Sequence record: OR670491
Strand: one strand, 5' to 3'
DNA length: 64,000 nucleotides
From: Escherichia phage vB_EcoM_JNE01
Positions 50,180-59,472 of the stretch are shown in pieces (within the stretch, counting starts at the first letter, position 1; the number at the start of each line of letters is the position of its first letter). The position numbers and the translations under genes are program-made. The notes under the pieces are model-generated. The model did no database searches. It was not told the origin of the DNA and was given only the letters and a program-made list of their open reading frames with translations.

Positions 50180-52327
50180 GTGCTAAACATTACAAGTATA
50201 TCGATGAGAAACTTCTTCTCCTTTGGGAATGCACCACAAGTTATTGAAATGAATGGTGCTGATATCTCCCTAGTGCTAGGACAAAACAACGATGCAGTTA
50301 TTGAAGGTGGCGACAGTTCTGGTCGCCGTAATGGTGTAGGTAAAAGTGCCATTATACAAGGTTTAGTATATGGTTTGTTTGGCAAAAGTATTGGTAATGA
50401 TATTAAAATTCCAAACTTAGTTAATAAAACTAATGCTAAGAACTGTGAAGTAATCGTTGAGTTCGAAAAGGATGGGGTAAATTATAGAGTTGAACGTGGT
50501 AGAAGTCCTACTTACTTTAACTTTATTACTGTAGGAACTGATAATACAGTTACAGACGAATCAAGGGGTGAAAAGAAAGATACCCAAGAAGATCTAAATG
50601 AGATTTTGGGTATTTCTCAACTCCTGTTCGAACATATTGTAGTACTGAATGCTAACGTAGAACCATTTTTGGCATTAGGTGCTCAACGTCAACGTGATAT
50701 GATCGAAGAACTCCTTGGGATTACACAATTGACTGAAAAAGCTGAACTACTTAAGGATATGAACAAAGAATCCAAGCGTTTAGCAGAACAAGAGAAGTTT
50801 AAGAACGAAACAGTTGCTGCTAGTAATGAACGTATACAGAAAAGTATCGAATCATTGCAGGAACAAGCAAATAACTTCGAAATCGAGAAGTCAAAACGTG
50901 TTGAAAGTCTGGAAAGTGAGATTAGTTTGTATAGTACTGTTAACTTTGAGGATTTGTACAAAGCTGCTGCTCTTAATGAAGAAGCAATTGCTCATAACCT
51001 TAATATTGACAATCTATCCATCCGAGTACAAGATCTGGCTTCTAAATTTGAGACATACAATGCCGATTTAGAACGTAACAAAAGTATTCTTGCTCAAAAT
51101 ATCGATAATCTAAAGAACATTGATATTAATGCGGAGTTAAAGAGTCATGAAGAACTGGAAATGTGGAAACAATTAGATACTATTCTAAAAGAGAACAATA
51201 ACCAAAAGCGTTTCAAAGAACAGAAGTTAAATTCATTGAAAGCTAACCTTCAAACTTATAAAACTTCGTTTAGTGCAGAAGATAACAAACGTATTGAGTT
51301 GGAAAAGAGTAAATGTCCAACGTGTTTGACTACACTTGAACATAATGAACACACAATGTCATTGAAAGCTAAAATTCAAGAGACTATTGATTCATTACAT
51401 CTGAAAATTGATGAATGTACTCGTGAAATTGAGCAAGTAGAAGGTGAAATTGGTGCTATTGAGATCTTCGATATGCCACCTAAACCTATTACTCATTACA
51501 ATACGTTGACTGAAGCACAAATGCATGAACATAAGCTTCAAGAGTTGCAGAAAAAGTATGATGAGGTTCCAATTAATATCTATCAAGAAGAGTTGATGAA
51601 CTCCTATGATACTTTGAACTCATTAGTTCGTAAAGAAGTATCCGAGTCATTGACTCAATCAGAAGTAAGAGAGATTGAATTGGCTTATAACTCATTAAAA
51701 CAACAACTGGAACGTGAATTAGCAACGACTAATACTTTTATTAGTCAAATTAACACGCTTACTCAAGATTCACTTGTTGCAATCGATTATTCCGATTATA
51801 ATAACTTAGATAAGTTGGCTAATCACCAAGATTTCTTAGTTAAGCTGCTTCTCAATAAAGATTCATATGTTCGTAAACGTATCATTGAACAAAATATCTC
51901 ATATCTGAACAACCGTCTTCAGTACTACATCGAAATGTGTGGTTCAGAGCATAGCGTTGTGTTCCTTAACGATCTAAGCGTTGAGATTGAGAAAAGTGGT
52001 CAATACTTTGACTATAAACAATTAAGTCGTGGGGAAAGAACAAGGGTTAACATTGCGTTATCTTGTGCATTCCGTGATACTTATGAGTCTCTATATCAAA
52101 GTATTAACATTCTGATTATCGATGAGATGATTGACCAAGGTCTAGATTCAAGTGGTGTTCTTCGTGTGTGGTCTATCTTCCAAGATATGTCTGCTGTACG
52201 TGGTAAAAACGTATATGCAATTTCACACAGAGAAGAGTTGCTTTCTAAGACTGAAAAAATCCTTAAAGTAGTAAAAGAATACGGTTTCAGTACTGTTGAA
52301 TATACTACTCTGGATGATGTATTCTAA
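50180..52327 (+). CDS. 46: gp46-like recombination ATPase (Rad50/SbcC family)
   Basis: Walker A GRRNGVGKSAII, long coiled-coil with CPTC zinc hook, signature LSRGER and Walker B LIIDEMIDQGLD; GTG start after AAGGAA. Confidence 0.85.
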   Translation: MLNITSISMRNFFSFGNAPQVIEMNGADISLVLGQNNDAVIEGGDSSGRRNGVGKSAIIQGLVYGLFGKSIGNDIKIPNLVNKTNAKNCEVIVEFEKDGVNYRVERGRSPTYFNFITVGTDNTVTDESRGEKKDTQEDLNEILGISQLLFEHIVVLNANVEPFLALGAQRQRDMIEELLGITQLTEKAELLKDMNKESKRLAEQEKFKNETVAASNERIQKSIESLQEQANNFEIEKSKRVESLESEISLYSTVNFEDLYKAAALNEEAIAHNLNIDNLSIRVQDLASKFETYNADLERNKSILAQNIDNLKNIDINAELKSHEELEMWKQLDTILKENNNQKRFKEQKLNSLKANLQTYKTSFSAEDNKRIELEKSKCPTCLTTLEHNEHTMSLKAKIQETIDSLHLKIDECTREIEQVEGEIGAIEIFDMPPKPITHYNTLTEAQMHEHKLQELQKKYDEVPINIYQEELMNSYDTLNSLVRKEVSESLTQSEVREIELAYNSLKQQLERELATTNTFISQINTLTQDSLVAIDYSDYNNLDKLANHQDFLVKLLLNKDSYVRKRIIEQNISYLNNRLQYYIEMCGSEHSVVFLNDLSVEIEKSGQYFDYKQLSRGERTRVNIALSCAFRDTYESLYQSINILIIDEMIDQGLDSSGVLRVWSIFQDMSAVRGKNVYAISHREELLSKTEKILKVVKEYGFSTVEYTTLDDVF

Positions 52328-52332
52328 TAACA

Positions 52333-52360
52333 CAAAAGGGAGCCTTAGCTCCCTTTTTTC
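52333..52360. terminator. bidirectional intrinsic terminator
   Basis: GGGAGC-ctta-GCTCCC hairpin then TTTTTT; stop codon of the minus-strand gene lies in the loop. Confidence 0.7.
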
Positions 52361-52836
52361 ACATGCAACATATTTAATTTACCTTCCTTGATAAGCTTCC
52401 TAGCTTGCTTTACACGAGCAGCATTGTTAGCACCAGGGATGATATCGTACTCTTCCAGAATAGCGTTCTGTTGGGCTGCTGGGAGCCTTTTAAACTTACC
52501 TACATCAACTGCTAAAGCAGTGTGGTGTATAATCTGTTCCTCTTCAGGGATGCTATTATTTTTCTCTAAATAGTCTGCAAGATTACGCAGTACTTCGTAT
52601 AGGGGTTTATCAGTTAAGTGCTTCATATAGCGATTAAAGCTGTTCTGAACCTTTCCTTCCCATGCGTTCACTTCATTCTGGAGTACTTCACGACAGTGTT
52701 GATTCTCGAAGTGATAGTGATCCAGTACTGGTTTAGTGATAGTTTCTTTGATGATAGGATCTATACCTTTTTGTTTTTTAAGTAATTCATTTCGATAGTT
52801 TGCAGCGTCTTTACTATCTTTCAATCTTCGTTTCAT
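52345..52836 (-). CDS. putative endonuclease VII-like (gp49-like) protein, 163 aa
   Basis: VLDHYHFENQH...VLQNEVNAWEG...FNR aligns with the T4 Endo VII catalytic core HLDHDH...LCNLCNAAEG...FNR, but the four Zn-ligand cysteines are absent; AAGAGGGG RBS. Confidence 0.4.
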   Translation of the reverse strand: MKRRLKDSKDAANYRNELLKKQKGIDPIIKETITKPVLDHYHFENQHCREVLQNEVNAWEGKVQNSFNRYMKHLTDKPLYEVLRNLADYLEKNNSIPEEEQIIHHTALAVDVGKFKRLPAAQQNAILEEYDIIPGANNAARVKQARKLIKEGKLNMLHVKKGS

Positions 52837-52865
52837 AAATCCCCTCTTAACTAATTCCTATTGAA

Positions 52866-52874
52866 ATATTTATG
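52866..52874 (-). promoter_or_regulatory. putative late promoter (CATAAATA) for the Endo VII-like gene
   Basis: Minus strand AACGCATAAATATTTC about 31 nt upstream of ATG. Confidence 0.45.
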
Positions 52875-52947
52875 CGTTAGTTTTCAGTGCAGGAACTAAG
52901 TACTTTTTCATAAAAAAATCACATAATACTGAGACACTTTTAAAAAA

Positions 52948-52959
52948 TGTGCTATAATG
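52948..52959 (+). promoter_or_regulatory. extended -10 promoter (TGcTATAAT) reading into the ORF-free island
   Basis: AATGTGCTATAATGTT; no protein-coding gene follows for ~450 nt. Confidence 0.45.
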
Positions 52960-52964
52960 TTTAT

Positions 52965-53412
52965 TGTAGTAATGACAATCCTGTTGAATGCAGAAATGCA
53001 TATAAATTAGAACCTGATCCTATCGAAAACGTAGATGGCAGATGAGCAGTTCAACAGTGCGATGAGCAAAAGAAACCCGTCAGATGTGGGCATAGTTTGA
53101 ACCCCTCACGGCAATGCGGCTCAATAAAGAACTCCGATAAGATACAGAGAGTTCCTCGATAGACATATAAGGTAAATTCCTTACCAGATTATCTAAGGGA
53201 GTTTTTGATTTATTTCAAAAACAGCTTGAAGTTTGATTGTATAGACTTTCAAGTGAGTGTCAGGATGTTTAAGACTGACGACCGTTGCATATGACTGCGA
53301 TAGAGAGAAACAGAGCAACCCGCTTTCGTTCTTAATTAATTAAGAAATTCGCAATACAATAATTCCGATGCCATCAGCGTCAAGATTAAGAGACTTCATT
53401 GTCTCTTTTTTA
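52965..53412 (+). ncRNA. candidate non-coding RNA transcription unit (~450 nt)
   Basis: Bounded by the TGnTATAAT promoter and a hairpin plus T-tract terminator; no ORF of 60 aa or more on the plus strand; only a short RBS-less peptide; GC-richer structured-looking stretches (e.g. CCCGTCAGATGTGGGCATAGTTTGAACCCCTCACGG). Confidence 0.3.
53386..53412 (+). terminator. intrinsic terminator ending the candidate ncRNA
   Basis: AAGAGAC-ttcatt-GTCTCTT then TTTTTATT. Confidence 0.55.
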
Positions 53413-53611
53413 TTATCTTCATTCCCCTGCGGGGGGATGAAATATCCTCAACAAATCCCGTCAAGTATTAAATCATTTAAAGTTCTTTATAATTATATTA
53501 AAATGAATATGAGTTACGTCAGTAACGAATATTCTTCAGCTAACGAATGAAATGAGTTAGATGAGTTCAATATAATCCTTCTAGTATAATTCAAATCATC
53601 ATAATTTAGAT

Positions 53612-53646
53612 ACAAAAAAAACCAGCAATAGATGCTGGCTTAGTAG
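53612..53646 (-). terminator. intrinsic terminator after the 70-aa gene
   Basis: On minus strand CCAGCA-tctatt-GCTGG followed by TTTTTTTT. Confidence 0.6.
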
Positions 53647-53650
53647 TGAG

Positions 53651-53863
53651 TTACTGCTTCCCGTTGAGTTTTTTAATTTTCTTATTAAATGACTTAACTA
53701 ATAAATTCCTGTCAATTACTGGCATATTAAGGAGTGTTCCGTAGTCAATATTTTCCATATTCACAGCACACTCCATAAGTGCTTCTTTGATCTCTTTTTT
53801 ATTCAGTTCTATTTCCTTCAAAAATTCTTGAATTTCTTCTGGAGTTGACTGGAGAAGCGTCAT
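53651..53863 (-). CDS. hypothetical protein (70 aa)
   Basis: Small ORF translationally coupled (ATGA overlap) to the upstream 278-aa gene; Lys/Glu-rich helical. Confidence 0.45.
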   Translation of the reverse strand: MTLLQSTPEEIQEFLKEIELNKKEIKEALMECAVNMENIDYGTLLNMPVIDRNLLVKSFNKKIKKLNGKQ

Positions 53864-54696
53864 GCGAAAAAATGACTAGGGTCATACTTGAGTCCTTCAA
53901 TTTCCCATTGATGAGAACACTCACTGCATTCAACTTCCATAGTATGAGAAATACCTACTTCAAGTACTTCATCCATTTTTTCTTTGATTACTTTAATAAC
54001 TGCTTTGGATTGTTGTCCTAACCATTCTACAATGAATTCCTTTTCAGTTACTTCATCCCCGTCAGGAGTAATAATTTTGTTAATGACTCCAGCGATCATA
54101 TCGAAGTTCAACTGTGCCATCTTTTCAAAGATCTCACCAAATAGTTTAATTTTCTCTTCTTCTTCAATACCAGCACCTTCTAAGTACTTACTTTTCTGCT
54201 GTTCTGCGAACATACGTTCAGCAAAGTCAGAGTATTCCTTCCAAGTCAAAGGACGAAACTCCAAAGTAAGTCCGTTATCTAGGTTGACAGTCGGTACTTC
54301 TTCGAATACACTAGCAGTCTCAAGTAGGAAACTTAAGTCACGTTCAAAACGTCCTTCTTTGTGACATTCAGGACATTCAACGTTGACATCATAAGTAGTT
54401 TCTTTAGATGCTACTTTAATTGCGATAAGAAGTTGCTCAATGTCGTTGACATACAATCCATCTGCATCTATAATGTTTGGTACGCAGTTCTCGATAACAC
54501 GGGATACAGATTCACCACTCAAAAGCATGTCAGGGGTGTTAAGTGTCATCTCATCACGAGCACTACGAGCACAAATGCCACATTTTACGCTTTTACTACC
54601 GAGAACACCTTCACTGTAAGGGATCACGGCATTACTGATTAGTTTAGTACTAAGTTCTTCAATTTTAGTGTATTTTGCTAATGGGTTCATAGCCAT
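53860..54696 (-). CDS. hypothetical zinc-ribbon protein (278 aa)
   Basis: Three CxxC pairs (CGIC, CPEC, CSEC); TGGAGAAACTA RBS; late promoter-like motif upstream. Confidence 0.5.
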   Translation of the reverse strand: MAMNPLAKYTKIEELSTKLISNAVIPYSEGVLGSKSVKCGICARSARDEMTLNTPDMLLSGESVSRVIENCVPNIIDADGLYVNDIEQLLIAIKVASKETTYDVNVECPECHKEGRFERDLSFLLETASVFEEVPTVNLDNGLTLEFRPLTWKEYSDFAERMFAEQQKSKYLEGAGIEEEEKIKLFGEIFEKMAQLNFDMIAGVINKIITPDGDEVTEKEFIVEWLGQQSKAVIKVIKEKMDEVLEVGISHTMEVECSECSHQWEIEGLKYDPSHFFA

Positions 54697-54733
54697 TTTA
54701 GTTTCTCCATGTAATTCAAAAAATGTGTTTATA

Positions 54734-54742
54734 GTATTTATC
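54734..54742 (-). promoter_or_regulatory. putative late promoter (GATAAATA)
   Basis: Minus strand CAGGATAAATACTATAAACAC about 38 nt upstream of ATG 54696. Confidence 0.4.
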
Positions 54743-54771
54743 CTGATAAATTATCCAAAATGAGGTAAATT

Positions 54772-55308
54772 ATGTTAAAAGATTTTTATAAAAAATATTC
54801 CGAGCGTGTTAAAGCATTCTTTGGGATCTCATTCCTGTGCTTAGTGTTCGCAGCAGGGTTCTTTAGCTATGATTCATATAAAACTGATGAACCACCAGCT
54901 AACCATGCTCTTGAGAAGCTTAAAAGCAAACTACATGAACGTGAGTTGAGTGCGGGTACTCATATGCTACGTGGTAAAGCATACCGCTTTGATTACAGTA
55001 CTAATGAATTTGATAAGAAAGTTTGGGTAATCCTGAACGTGAAGTTCAAAGAAGACAAGGTGTACTTAGGAGACACTTACTCTATTGTACTGACATATAT
55101 CGGAACTGATGCAGATGGTCTTGACTATTATTACAAAGCTCATCATTACATCAAGGGTATCCCTGAATTACAAAAAGAAGGATATTACCTAGATTATCTG
55201 GTTATTCATGACCCAGCACGTAAGGCAGTATCAGTTAATACTACCCCAAGTGGGAACCAAACTGGTGTACCAGACACATTTATCGGAACGCTAGACCCAG
55301 TATTCTAA
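54772..55308 (+). CDS. small membrane-anchored protein (178 aa), function unknown
   Basis: N-terminal hydrophobic segment AFFGISFLCLVFAAGFFSY after a basic stretch (signal anchor); TGAGG RBS; own terminator. Confidence 0.55.
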   Translation: MLKDFYKKYSERVKAFFGISFLCLVFAAGFFSYDSYKTDEPPANHALEKLKSKLHERELSAGTHMLRGKAYRFDYSTNEFDKKVWVILNVKFKEDKVYLGDTYSIVLTYIGTDADGLDYYYKAHHYIKGIPELQKEGYYLDYLVIHDPARKAVSVNTTPSGNQTGVPDTFIGTLDPVF

Positions 55309-55329
55309 AATAATATAACTAAATCCACT

Positions 55330-55368
55330 AAGCCCAAGGGTATATTCTACTCTTGGGCTTTTTTTATT
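55330..55368 (+). terminator. intrinsic terminator
   Basis: AGCCCAAG-loop-CTTGGGCT hairpin followed by TTTTTTTATT. Confidence 0.7.
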
Positions 55369-55378
55369 CAAAAAATGT

Positions 55379-55387
55379 CATAAATAT
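55379..55387 (+). promoter_or_regulatory. putative late promoter (CATAAATA)
   Basis: GTCATAAATATCTT about 33 nt upstream of ATG 55420. Confidence 0.45.
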
Positions 55388-55419
55388 CTTTATACTACAA
55401 TTTATTAAAAGGGATTGTT

Positions 55420-57651
55420 ATGGCTATCAATACGAGTGATTACCTTCTTCAGCAGTTGGTTAATCAGAATAAAGATAATAACGATAGTTTAACTGCAATA
55501 AGAGAACTATTGGCTGACAACTTAAAACAGAATTCTAAGAAAAAGACAGGCTCCAGTAGTCCAGGTTCCCCAAGACCAGGTGGTTCCGGTGGACGTGGTG
55601 GTTCAGGAAGCGGTTCCGGTAACAAAAACACTTTCGGAAAAATGTTTAAATCACTATCATCTGAAGTTTCTAACGTAAGTAAAACAATGATGAACAGTAG
55701 TGCGAACGTAAGCACTGTAGTGAACTCATTAGGTATGAGTGCATCATCAGCAGCCGGAGCATTAACAATGATTCCTGGCCCGATTGGTGTAGCTGCAACT
55801 GCATTTAAAATGGTAGCTGACGTAGGAATGGCAGTATACAACGTCCTGAACGCACAATTAGAAGTCTACACTAAAATTAACAGTGCAGGTGTTGCATTGG
55901 CTGAAGGTTATGGTTCAGTACTGAAAGGTGCTGGTGCGTCAATGATGAGTGTTGACAACTTTGCTGCGGCATTACAAACACACAGTGCTGTTGTTGCACA
56001 GTTGGATGGGGTTTATGGGGATGGTGTATCATCATTTGGTAAATTATTGGGAAGTGTTCAATTGGCACAAAACCAATTAGGCTTATATGGTGTATCACAA
56101 CAAACTCTAACTGATTTAACTGCACGTAATATTAAATTCCAAAAACAATACGGTGGGGCTGAAATGATTCGTAATATGAATCAGGCTCAAAGTAGTGAAC
56201 AGTTTATTACTACATTAACTAAATTCAGTAAAAGTATAGGTGAATCAGTAGATTCATTATTGAATAAAACAAAGAACTTGGATAAATCTATTGATACTCG
56301 TTCTATGATCATTGCACTTAAAAACTATTCTCATTTACCAAAAGAAACTGCTGCTCTTACATCAAAAGCTTTTAACGAAGCTGCATCTTCAATGGGTGAT
56401 ATGGGCAGTGATTATTTGCGTTTGATTTCTCATAGACTATCAATTGGTGGTATTCCTGATGACCTATTTTCTCCAGTACTGAATGAGGTTGCGGATCTTG
56501 GTGAGTATATGGTTAAGTCTGGGATTACAGATGCTAATGTAATTCGCCAGAAACAAATCGAGTACGTTCGTGCTAACCGTGAAACAATTGAACAAGATAT
56601 TCTTTATCAACGTAGTATCGGTAATGAACAAGCTGCCCTATTTGAAAGTCAATTACTAGACCTAGAAGCAGCAGCGAATGACCCTAAAAATAGCCCAGCA
56701 GATAAACTAACACAATTCACAAACCGCTTTAATATGTGGATTAGTAAAACATTCTCTGAACCATTTAATAAACTCTATGCTGATACACAGAATTCAGTAG
56801 TTGATTACCTTTCTGGTATTGCAGATAGAACTGATGGTGCATGGGAATTCCTATGGGAATTTGCTAAGGATGGTTTCGGATTAATCCCAATTGCTAAAGA
56901 TGCAATAGAATATGTTGATGGCCTAGGTGCAGAATTCTCAACTTGGTTGGATAATTTGGGTTCCGATTTAATGGGTGGCTCATATGATAAGATTTCTAAT
57001 GCGTTTAACTCTTTCATTGATAACCTAGTTGATTTGCCTGGTAAACTTTGGGATTCAGTTTCTGGTTGGTTTGGTGGCGGTGAAAAAGAAAAACCTAAAA
57101 CACAAGAACCATCTGTGGATGTTACCAATAAGTCCCAGTATATAACCACCGAACAGACAACACTAAATAAGATTACAGATTCAGTTATGGGGTTGTTTGA
57201 TTCGATATATACACCATTCAAACAGTGGAATGACGCAAGAACATGGACACCACCTAAGCCAACAGATAAAGAAGCAATGTGGCGTATGGGTGATCTAATC
57301 TCTAGTAATAATGGTAAAAAACCAATATCTACTCCACGTATTGAGAAAACCGAAAACGTGGTTCCAGATGTAGTACTGGAAAGAAAAATGTTTGATAAAT
57401 CAGCTTGGAAGCCCGGTGAAGCACCTTATCAAGCCGAAAAGCCAATTGATTTTGAGTCATTTGTCAATGATCGCAAAGACCTAAATATAACAAACAGGGC
57501 AGACGTACCGCAACTACAAGCTATGGATGAACAGTCAGAGATTTTGAAACGCTTGGCTGATGCATCAGAAGCATCACTGTCAGCCATTCAACAAACAAAT
57601 AACTTCTTGAGAACTATCTCTGAGAACACTCAAGGTGAAAGAAACAGTTAA
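55420..57651 (+). CDS. hypothetical virion protein (743 aa), possible tape-measure or ejected protein
   Basis: Gly/Ser-rich low-complexity N-terminal stretch (GSSSPGSPRPGGSGGRGGSGSGSG), hydrophobic helices, long helical remainder; immediately upstream of and overlapping portal gene. Confidence 0.35.
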   Translation: MAINTSDYLLQQLVNQNKDNNDSLTAIRELLADNLKQNSKKKTGSSSPGSPRPGGSGGRGGSGSGSGNKNTFGKMFKSLSSEVSNVSKTMMNSSANVSTVVNSLGMSASSAAGALTMIPGPIGVAATAFKMVADVGMAVYNVLNAQLEVYTKINSAGVALAEGYGSVLKGAGASMMSVDNFAAALQTHSAVVAQLDGVYGDGVSSFGKLLGSVQLAQNQLGLYGVSQQTLTDLTARNIKFQKQYGGAEMIRNMNQAQSSEQFITTLTKFSKSIGESVDSLLNKTKNLDKSIDTRSMIIALKNYSHLPKETAALTSKAFNEAASSMGDMGSDYLRLISHRLSIGGIPDDLFSPVLNEVADLGEYMVKSGITDANVIRQKQIEYVRANRETIEQDILYQRSIGNEQAALFESQLLDLEAAANDPKNSPADKLTQFTNRFNMWISKTFSEPFNKLYADTQNSVVDYLSGIADRTDGAWEFLWEFAKDGFGLIPIAKDAIEYVDGLGAEFSTWLDNLGSDLMGGSYDKISNAFNSFIDNLVDLPGKLWDSVSGWFGGGEKEKPKTQEPSVDVTNKSQYITTEQTTLNKITDSVMGLFDSIYTPFKQWNDARTWTPPKPTDKEAMWRMGDLISSNNGKKPISTPRIEKTENVVPDVVLERKMFDKSAWKPGEAPYQAEKPIDFESFVNDRKDLNITNRADVPQLQAMDEQSEILKRLADASEASLSAIQQTNNFLRTISENTQGERNS

Positions 57652-57661
57652 GGACATAATA

Positions 57662-59398
57662 ATGAGTTGGAAACGACATATGACAGTTGGGAGATCGAAA
57701 CTTTCGAAAACCCCAAATCAGTCCAGTAATAGCAATAAAACTACAGGTTCAAAGTCAAATTTCGCTTCGTACCTACCAATAGTTTATAATGGTCTGGCTA
57801 ACCGTACTGATCGTTATAGTCAGTACGACCAAATGGACCAAGATCCTGAAATTAGAACTGCTCTAAACATTATAGCAGACTTCTGTACACAAAGTACTGA
57901 GGATTTTGGTCTACCTTACAAAATTAAATATAAAGACGATATCGGTGATACCGAAGTCACTACCATTGAAGACCGTCTTGATGCTTGGACAGAACAAAAC
58001 GACTTCAAAACCAGAATGTATGAAATTGTTCGTGGCCTTTTAAAATACGGCGACCAATTCTTTATTCGTGACCCTGAAACATATGACTGGTACTGGGTAA
58101 GCCCACAAAACGTTGAACAAGTATTTGTCAACGAGGCAACAGGCAAAACCCCAGTTATCTATTATATTCGTGACGTATCATTGAATCTAAAAGATAAAGT
58201 CTTTAGTAACCTTCAAGTTGGTTTTGACAAAACAGCATATCCTGGTGGCATCCCATCTACTCTAGGTGGCGGCGGTGCAGTAGCAGCAGGTGGTGCTTCC
58301 GGCTTCACTAACCAAGGAAATACCTCCGACCCATTCAGTACTAACGGTCGTATGGATGTTATCCCAGTTGGTGCAGAACACGTCATTCACCTAACACTAA
58401 ATACAGGACAAGATGGCGTTTGGCCTTTTGGTTCTAGTATACTCGAAGATGTCTTTAAAGTATATAAACAAAAAGAGCTACTCGAAGATAGTATCATTAT
58501 CTATCGTGTTCAGCGTGCTCCAGAACGTCGCGTATTTAAAATTGACTGCGGTGATATGCAAACACACCAAGCTATGGCTTATGTAGAACGCTTCAAAAAT
58601 GAAATACACCAACGCCGTATACCTTCTAATAAAGGTGGCAGTACTTCACTAATGGATGCAGCATATAACCCACTAAGTATTCTAGAAGATTACTTTTTCC
58701 CACAAACTTCAGAAGGTCGTGGTTCAGATGTTCAAACCCTACCTGGTGGTGATAACTTAGGTCAGATTGATGACTTACGTTACTTTAATAATAAATTAGT
58801 TCGTGGCCTACAAATCCCAGCATCATACCTTCCACAAGGTCCAGATGATGGCGGTGTTTCAATGTTTGGTGACGGTGCAACACAAGCAATGGCAAGTGAA
58901 CTTCGTTTTAATAACCAATGTATGCGTTATCAACGTTTAGTACAAAAAGTATTTGATAGTGAATTTAAACGTTTTATGGTTAAAAATGGATACAACATTA
59001 GTACTTCTTCTTTTGAAGTAATTATGAATCCACCAATGAACCTAGCATCTTACCGTAAAGCAGAACTAGATGCAAAACTAATTAACACTTACATGCCATT
59101 GAATGATCTACCTTATATGTCTAAACAGACTATTCTTAAGAAAATGGGCTTCTCCCAAGCTGATATTGTTGAAAACGAACAATTGTGGCTACAAGAAAAC
59201 CCTCAAGACGGTAGTAATCAACCGACTTCAGAAGACGATGCAGCAGGTTTACAATCAGTTGGTATCGACGCTCCAAATGACCCAGGAATGGATTTAGGGT
59301 TGGATGACGAAGGAAACTTGGAAAGTGCTGATGCAGAATACCAAGAACAACAAGGAAGTGCCTCTTTTGACCCGAATAATTTAGGCGATTCTTTTTAA
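57662..59398 (+). CDS. 20: portal vertex protein (gp20-like)
   Basis: IIIYRVQRAPERRVFKIDCGDM...EDYFFPQTSEGRGSDVQTLPGGDNLGQIDDLRYF...PQGPDDGGVSMFGDG parallels T4 gp20 [22 protein letters not shown]...TLPGADNTGNMEDIRWF...QGGVMFDSG; start at MSWKR after AAGGA. Confidence 0.85.
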   Translation: MSWKRHMTVGRSKLSKTPNQSSNSNKTTGSKSNFASYLPIVYNGLANRTDRYSQYDQMDQDPEIRTALNIIADFCTQSTEDFGLPYKIKYKDDIGDTEVTTIEDRLDAWTEQNDFKTRMYEIVRGLLKYGDQFFIRDPETYDWYWVSPQNVEQVFVNEATGKTPVIYYIRDVSLNLKDKVFSNLQVGFDKTAYPGGIPSTLGGGGAVAAGGASGFTNQGNTSDPFSTNGRMDVIPVGAEHVIHLTLNTGQDGVWPFGSSILEDVFKVYKQKELLEDSIIIYRVQRAPERRVFKIDCGDMQTHQAMAYVERFKNEIHQRRIPSNKGGSTSLMDAAYNPLSILEDYFFPQTSEGRGSDVQTLPGGDNLGQIDDLRYFNNKLVRGLQIPASYLPQGPDDGGVSMFGDGATQAMASELRFNNQCMRYQRLVQKVFDSEFKRFMVKNGYNISTSSFEVIMNPPMNLASYRKAELDAKLINTYMPLNDLPYMSKQTILKKMGFSQADIVENEQLWLQENPQDGSNQPTSEDDAAGLQSVGIDAPNDPGMDLGLDDEGNLESADAEYQEQQGSASFDPNNLGDSF

Positions 59399-59472
59399 TA
59401 ATAAATAACAATGTATAAAAATGAGGGTGATTAATTCATCCTCATTATAATGCATTATTCAAAGGAGACGAA

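Noticed and set aside
53040-53090. Hammerhead-like GATGAG ... GAAAC core
   Set aside because: The CUGAUGA box is not exact and no stem II is evident; likely chance
52900-53650. tRNA genes in the ORF-free island
   Set aside because: No GTTCGAATC/GTTCAAATC T-loop or acceptor-stem/CCA pattern found by eye; kept only as a generic ncRNA candidate
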